From NCBI GenBank assembly GCA_034667685.1, contig JAXDQU010000084.1, forward strand, positions 1 through 19,701: a stretch of DNA of 19,701 nucleotides, given 5' to 3'. Each line of letters opens with the position of its first letter. Position 1 is the stretch's first letter. Shown here piece after piece: positions 15,952 to 19,701 of the stretch. The notes under the pieces were generated by a model, which made no database searches, had not been told where the DNA came from, and worked only from the letters and a program-made list of their open reading frames with translations. The position numbers were made by a program, and so were the translations under genes. This DNA comes from Thermoplasmata archaeon (lineage in GTDB: Archaea > Thermoplasmatota > SW-10-69-26 > JACQPN01 > JAJPHT01).

Positions 15952-17062
15952 GGATGCCGCCGGCCGCGCCCATGCACGGGCCGCAGCCGGGCGTGCCGAC
16001 GACCGCGCCGGCCTCCATGAGCGCCTGGAGCGTGCCGTCGTTCATCGCCTCGATCATCTGCGTCTTGCTCGCGGGCGTCACGATGAGGCGCACGTCGGGG
16101 TGGACCTTGTGTCCCTTGAGGATCCTCGCGGCCTCGCGCAGGTCCTCGACGCGGCCGTTGGTGCACGAGCCGAGGAACGCCTGGTCCACGGTCTTGCCCA
16201 CGACGCTCGTCACGGGGTGGACGTTGTCGACCGCGTGCGGGCACGCGACGCGCGGCTCCAGGCGGCTCACGTCGAAGCGGCGCTCGTCGCGGTAGCGCGC
16301 GTGCGGGTCGGCGGTGGCGAGGAAGGGGAGGTCGGTCTTGCCGCGCGCCGCGAGGTAGGCGCGCGTGATCGCATCGGGCGGGACCATCGCGGCCTGCGCG
16401 CCCATCTCGATGCCCATGTTGCAGAGCGTCTGGCGCTCCGGGACGCTGAAGCCCTCGATCGTCGACCCGTAATACTCCACGGCCCCGTAGTCGGCCCCGT
16501 CGGCGCGCACGTCGCGGATGATCTCCAGCGTGACGTCCTTGGCATACACGCCGCGCGGAAGGGCGCCGTCCACCTGGATGCGCATGGTCTCGGGGACGCG
16601 CAGCCACAATTCGCCCGCGGCCCAGACGGCGGCCATCTCGGTGGCGCCCACGCCGTAGCTGTACGCGCCCAGCGCGCCGTAGGTGCAGGTGTGCGAGTCG
16701 GTGCCCACGATGTGCATGCCCGGCAGCACGTGCCCCTTCTCGGGGAGCACCTGGTGGCAGATGCCCTCCTTCATGTCGTAGAAGCTCTCGATGCCCTGGG
16801 CCTTCACGAACTCGCGCACGATCTTCGCCTTGGTGGCCGTCTCGATGTCGGGCGCGGGGCTGCGGTGGTCGAGCGTGACGACCATGCGGCCCGCGTCGAA
16901 GACGGTGCGGACCGGGATGCCGCGGAAGATGGTGCCGATGAGGGCCGCGTTGTCGTGGCTCATCACCAGGTCGACCTTGGCCGTGACGACGTCGCCCGCC
17001 CGCGCGTCGGCCCGACCGCCCGCCCGCGCCAGGATCTTCTCGGCCATCGTGCGCCCAGCCAT
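15797..17062 (-). CDS. leuC: 3-isopropylmalate dehydratase / homoaconitase large subunit (archaeal LeuC/HacA type)
   Basis: [36 protein letters not shown] ([4Fe-4S] Cys) and [11 protein letters not shown]; 421 aa. Substrate specificity cannot be resolved from the sequence by eye. Confidence 0.85.
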   Translation of the reverse strand: MAGRTMAEKILARAGGRADARAGDVVTAKVDLVMSHDNAALIGTIFRGIPVRTVFDAGRMVVTLDHRSPAPDIETATKAKIVREFVKAQGIESFYDMKEGICHQVLPEKGHVLPGMHIVGTDSHTCTYGALGAYSYGVGATEMAAVWAAGELWLRVPETMRIQVDGALPRGVYAKDVTLEIIRDVRADGADYGAVEYYGSTIEGFSVPERQTLCNMGIEMGAQAAMVPPDAITRAYLAARGKTDLPFLATADPHARYRDERRFDVSRLEPRVACPHAVDNVHPVTSVVGKTVDQAFLGSCTNGRVEDLREAARILKGHKVHPDVRLIVTPASKTQMIEAMNDGTLQALMEAGAVVGTPGCGPCMGAAGGILAAGERCISSSNRNFKGRMGSSQAEVYLGSPATVAASAIEGMIADPRKYVS

Positions 17063-17107
17063 GAAAAACCAAGACCCCGCTACGATTTCCAGCAGAAAGG
17101 CGCCCGC

Positions 17108-17120
17108 TTATAATACTTTA
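17108..17120 (-). promoter_or_regulatory. AT-rich TATA-like element upstream of leuC
   Basis: TAAAGTATTATAA on the - strand, about 45-55 bp upstream of the ATG. Confidence 0.5.
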
Positions 17121-17319
17121 GGCGCAGCCGGGCCCGGTTTCCCGCAAGAAGCCCGCGAATCTGAGCCGCATCCTGTAGCTTGCACGCGACAACCCCCCCG
17201 GGTAGGGGAGTTGCGGTTAAAGGGAACTTCCCGCGTCGTTGCCTCAACGGCCGCCTGACCGGTGGCCCGGATGGGAAGCGGCGCCGGACAACGGCGCCCC
17301 TCCGCTTGGAGGAACCAGC

Positions 17320-17844
17320 ATGAGCGATCTCCTTAGCCTTGCGTCTCGAAAGCGCATCTACGAGCACGTGGAGCAGCACTCGGGCAGCCACCTGCGCGAG
17401 ATCGGCCGCCGCTGCGGCCTGCCGCTCGGCACGGCGCTCTACCACCTCGACCGTCTCGAAGCCGAGGGCCTGCTCTCGGTCCGCCGCGACGGCCGCTACA
17501 AGCGCTACTTCCCGGCCCAAGGATTGGGGCGGAAAGAAAAGGACCTCCTCTCCGCGTACCGCCACGACGTCCCGCGCCGCATCGCCCGGGCGCTGCTGCT
17601 CGCCCCCACGCTCACGCAACGCGAGCTGTGCGCCGCGCTCTCCGTCTCCCGCAGCACGCTCTCCTTCCACGTCAACGACCTGATCCGCCGCGGCGTGCTC
17701 CAGCGCGACGTCGGCCACCGCGAGAACCGCTACGCGCTCGAGGACGCGCTCCTCACCGAGCAGATCCTCGCGCGCTACGGCCCCTCGCTCGACGCCAGCG
17801 GACCCACCCTGCAAGGACCCGCCACGATCCCCCTGGAGGCCTGA
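17320..17844 (+). CDS. Double winged-HTH transcriptional regulator (archaeal ArsR/MarR-like)
   Basis: GGAGGA upstream; two HTH modules (SHLREIGRRCGLPLGTALYHLDRL and LTQRELCAALSVSRSTLSFHVNDL). Confidence 0.85.
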   Translation: MSDLLSLASRKRIYEHVEQHSGSHLREIGRRCGLPLGTALYHLDRLEAEGLLSVRRDGRYKRYFPAQGLGRKEKDLLSAYRHDVPRRIARALLLAPTLTQRELCAALSVSRSTLSFHVNDLIRRGVLQRDVGHRENRYALEDALLTEQILARYGPSLDASGPTLQGPATIPLEA

Positions 17845-17849
17845 GCCGC

Positions 17850-18131
17850 ATGGCGATGAGCCCGACCGAGCCCGTCACCTTCACCCTCAACCCCGTGCGC
17901 TTCAACGGCCTGAAGTCCGCCGAGAACGTCGTGTTCTTCGGCAACAACCTCGGCGTCGAATGCCAGCGCTGCGGCGCCTACAACCAGACCAGCATGGGCC
18001 ACAAGTTCTGCGCCCACGTGAGCTGCCCCATCGCGCTGCGCGAGTTCAAGCGCCGCAAGAGGAAGAGGACCTCCTCCCTGGAGAAGGTCTACGTCCCCCA
18101 GAAGCTCGCCAAGCGCCTCGGCGAAGCCTGA
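17850..18131 (+). CDS. Small basic protein with putative Zn ribbon (CQRC...CAHVSC)
   Basis: ATG 6 bp after the wHTH stop, GC3-rich codons, Cys/His cluster and a KRRKRKR tract. Confidence 0.7.
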   Translation: MAMSPTEPVTFTLNPVRFNGLKSAENVVFFGNNLGVECQRCGAYNQTSMGHKFCAHVSCPIALREFKRRKRKRTSSLEKVYVPQKLAKRLGEA

Positions 18132-18167
18132 TCCCCCTGATCGCATCCATCCCCCGTTAGGCAACGC

Positions 18168-18230
18168 GACCCGACCCCCCGCCGCGCGGAACGCATCCCC
18201 CCGCGCGGCGAGAGGGGCGGGGTCTTTTTT
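18168..18230 (+). terminator. Long GC hairpin followed by T6
   Basis: gacccgacccccc-gccgcgcgg...ccgcgcggc-gagaggggcggggtc-tttttt downstream of the wHTH/Zn-protein pair. Confidence 0.6.
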
Positions 18231-18278
18231 CCCAAACCTCCGCAACCTCCTAATCACGGCGCCGGCTTCGCGCCCGCG

Positions 18279-19523
18279 GTGCTGCTCGGCCTCGCGCTCT
18301 TCGTCGTGGTCTATGCGCTGCTGGCCGTGCCGGGCCTGGCGTCGCGCGTCGAGCGGGCCACCGGCGGCTCGCGGCTGGGGGCATGGGCGCTCTCGCGGCC
18401 GGGCATCGCGATCCTCGGGGCCGCGCTGCTGCTCGCCGTCGGCGCGGTCGCGCCGGCCGAGGCCTGGCGCGCGATCGACTGGCCGACCCTCGCGCTGCTC
18501 CTGGGCATGATGCTCCTCGTCGCGGCGCTCGACGCGGCCAACGTCTTCGAGGTCCTCGCCAGCCGCCTCGCCACCGCGCTTCCCACGCCCGCGCGCCTGC
18601 TCGCGGGCAGCATGCTCGTCGTCGCGGCGCTCTCCGCGCTCGTGCTCAACGACGCCGTCGTGCTGCTCTTCACGCCGGTGCTGGTGCGCGCCGCGCGCGG
18701 CATGGGCACGAGCCCGTTCCCCTTCCTCGCGGCCGAGGCGTTCGCCGCGAACCTGGGCAGCAGCGCGACGCCCGTGGGCAACCCGCAGAACGCCTACATC
18801 GCCAGCGCGCGCCACGTCAGCTTCGGCGCCTTCGCCCTGCCGCTCCTGCCCGTGGCGCTCGTCTGCCTTGCCCTCGGCATCGGCCTCTGCCTCCTGGCGT
18901 TCCGCAAGGAGCTGCGCCTCCACGACCAGGCCGCGCGCCCCGCGCCCGCCCGCATCACCAACCGCGCGATGTTCGCCCTTGCCACCGGCGCCGTCCTCCT
19001 CGCGCTCGTCGCGTTCCTCGTCGGCCCAGGATACGGCGTCGCGCTCTGGATGGGCGCCCTGGGCGCGGGTCTCCTCGCGCTGGTCCTCGCCCCCGCCGCC
19101 CGCGTCTCGCCGCTGCGCATCGCCCGCGGCGTCGACTATGGCATCCTCGTCTTCTTCGTGGGCCTCTTCGTCCTCCTCCAGGTCGTCAAGGACGCCGGCG
19201 CCCTCGACGCGCTGGGCGGATTGCTATCACGGGCGGGCAGCGCCGGCTTCGTCATCGCCACCGCCCTCCTCTCCAACGTCGTCTCGAACGTCCCCGCCGT
19301 GCTGCTCCTCCTGCCCACCGTCACGAGCGACCACCAGGCGCTCCTCCTCGCGATGGCCAGCACGCTCGCCGGCAACCTCACCTTCCTGGGCAGCGCCGCG
19401 ACCGTCATCGTCGCGGAGACCGCGCGCTCCCGCGGCGCGGCCTTTGATATCGGCCGCTTCACGCTCATCGGCCTCGGGATCGGGACGCTGACGCTGCTCG
19501 TGGCATGGCTGATGCTCGGGTAG
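18279..19523 (+). CDS. ArsB/NhaD (IT superfamily) anion permease
   Basis: IDWPTLALLLGMM, LSALVLNDAVVL, AANLGSSATPVGNPQN, SNVVSNVPA and STLAGNLTFLGSAA motifs; many TM helices. Confidence 0.85.
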   Translation: MLLGLALFVVVYALLAVPGLASRVERATGGSRLGAWALSRPGIAILGAALLLAVGAVAPAEAWRAIDWPTLALLLGMMLLVAALDAANVFEVLASRLATALPTPARLLAGSMLVVAALSALVLNDAVVLLFTPVLVRAARGMGTSPFPFLAAEAFAANLGSSATPVGNPQNAYIASARHVSFGAFALPLLPVALVCLALGIGLCLLAFRKELRLHDQAARPAPARITNRAMFALATGAVLLALVAFLVGPGYGVALWMGALGAGLLALVLAPAARVSPLRIARGVDYGILVFFVGLFVLLQVVKDAGALDALGGLLSRAGSAGFVIATALLSNVVSNVPAVLLLLPTVTSDHQALLLAMASTLAGNLTFLGSAATVIVAETARSRGAAFDIGRFTLIGLGIGTLTLLVAWLMLG

Positions 19524-19605
19524 AGCGACCTCCGGCCCCCGCGATCGGGCCGACTGTGCGACGTGCTCCCACGTTCGGCGCGGGCGACGCGGCGCTCGTC
19601 ACTTG

Positions 19606-19696
19606 CAAGTCTCCGGTGACCCTCGACCCCCCAACCCCCCTGATCCCAGGGGGGCTTACGACGGGCGCTCCTCGCTCTGCTCGTCGCGCAGACTTG
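19606..19696 (-). repeat. Structured intergenic element (possible third mini-element, at window edge)
   Basis: Outer IR caagtct/agacttg; hairpin cccccctg-atcc-cagggggg; GCGC-GA-C-GA-GC-AGA-GC-GA-G-GA-GCGC on the - strand. Confidence 0.45.
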
Positions 19697-19701
19697 ACAT
19701 C

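Overview
GC-rich archaeal DNA. The psmB-aCPSF1 synteny, TATA-like promoters, a DacZ-type diadenylate cyclase and an archaeal-size aconitase-family large subunit point to an archaeon; Thermoplasmatota-like is my inference. Housekeeping genes include an M24 peptidase, two tandem proteasome beta genes, aCPSF1/FttA, dacZ, leuC/hacA, an ArsB/NhaD permease and two wHTH regulators. There are also several membrane or secreted hypotheticals and a tandem array of three paralogous 8-Cys secreted proteins with a shared upstream motif. The most striking observation is a pair of tiny inserts with no enzyme gene at the 3' ends of conserved genes: 101 bp in aCPSF1 and 250 bp in leuC. Each duplicates or replaces the gene's 3' end, carries an antisense copy of its own target sequence, and contains the same GA-GC-GAA-GC-GA mini-hairpin followed by a small GC hairpin. 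In leuC the replacement 3' end is synonymously recoded (20 of 46 codons differ, none changes an amino acid), and its long stem is only complete if the insert is circularised. This suggests an undescribed family of folded single-stranded, site-specific mini-elements mobilised in trans. A possible third, truncated copy lies at the right edge.
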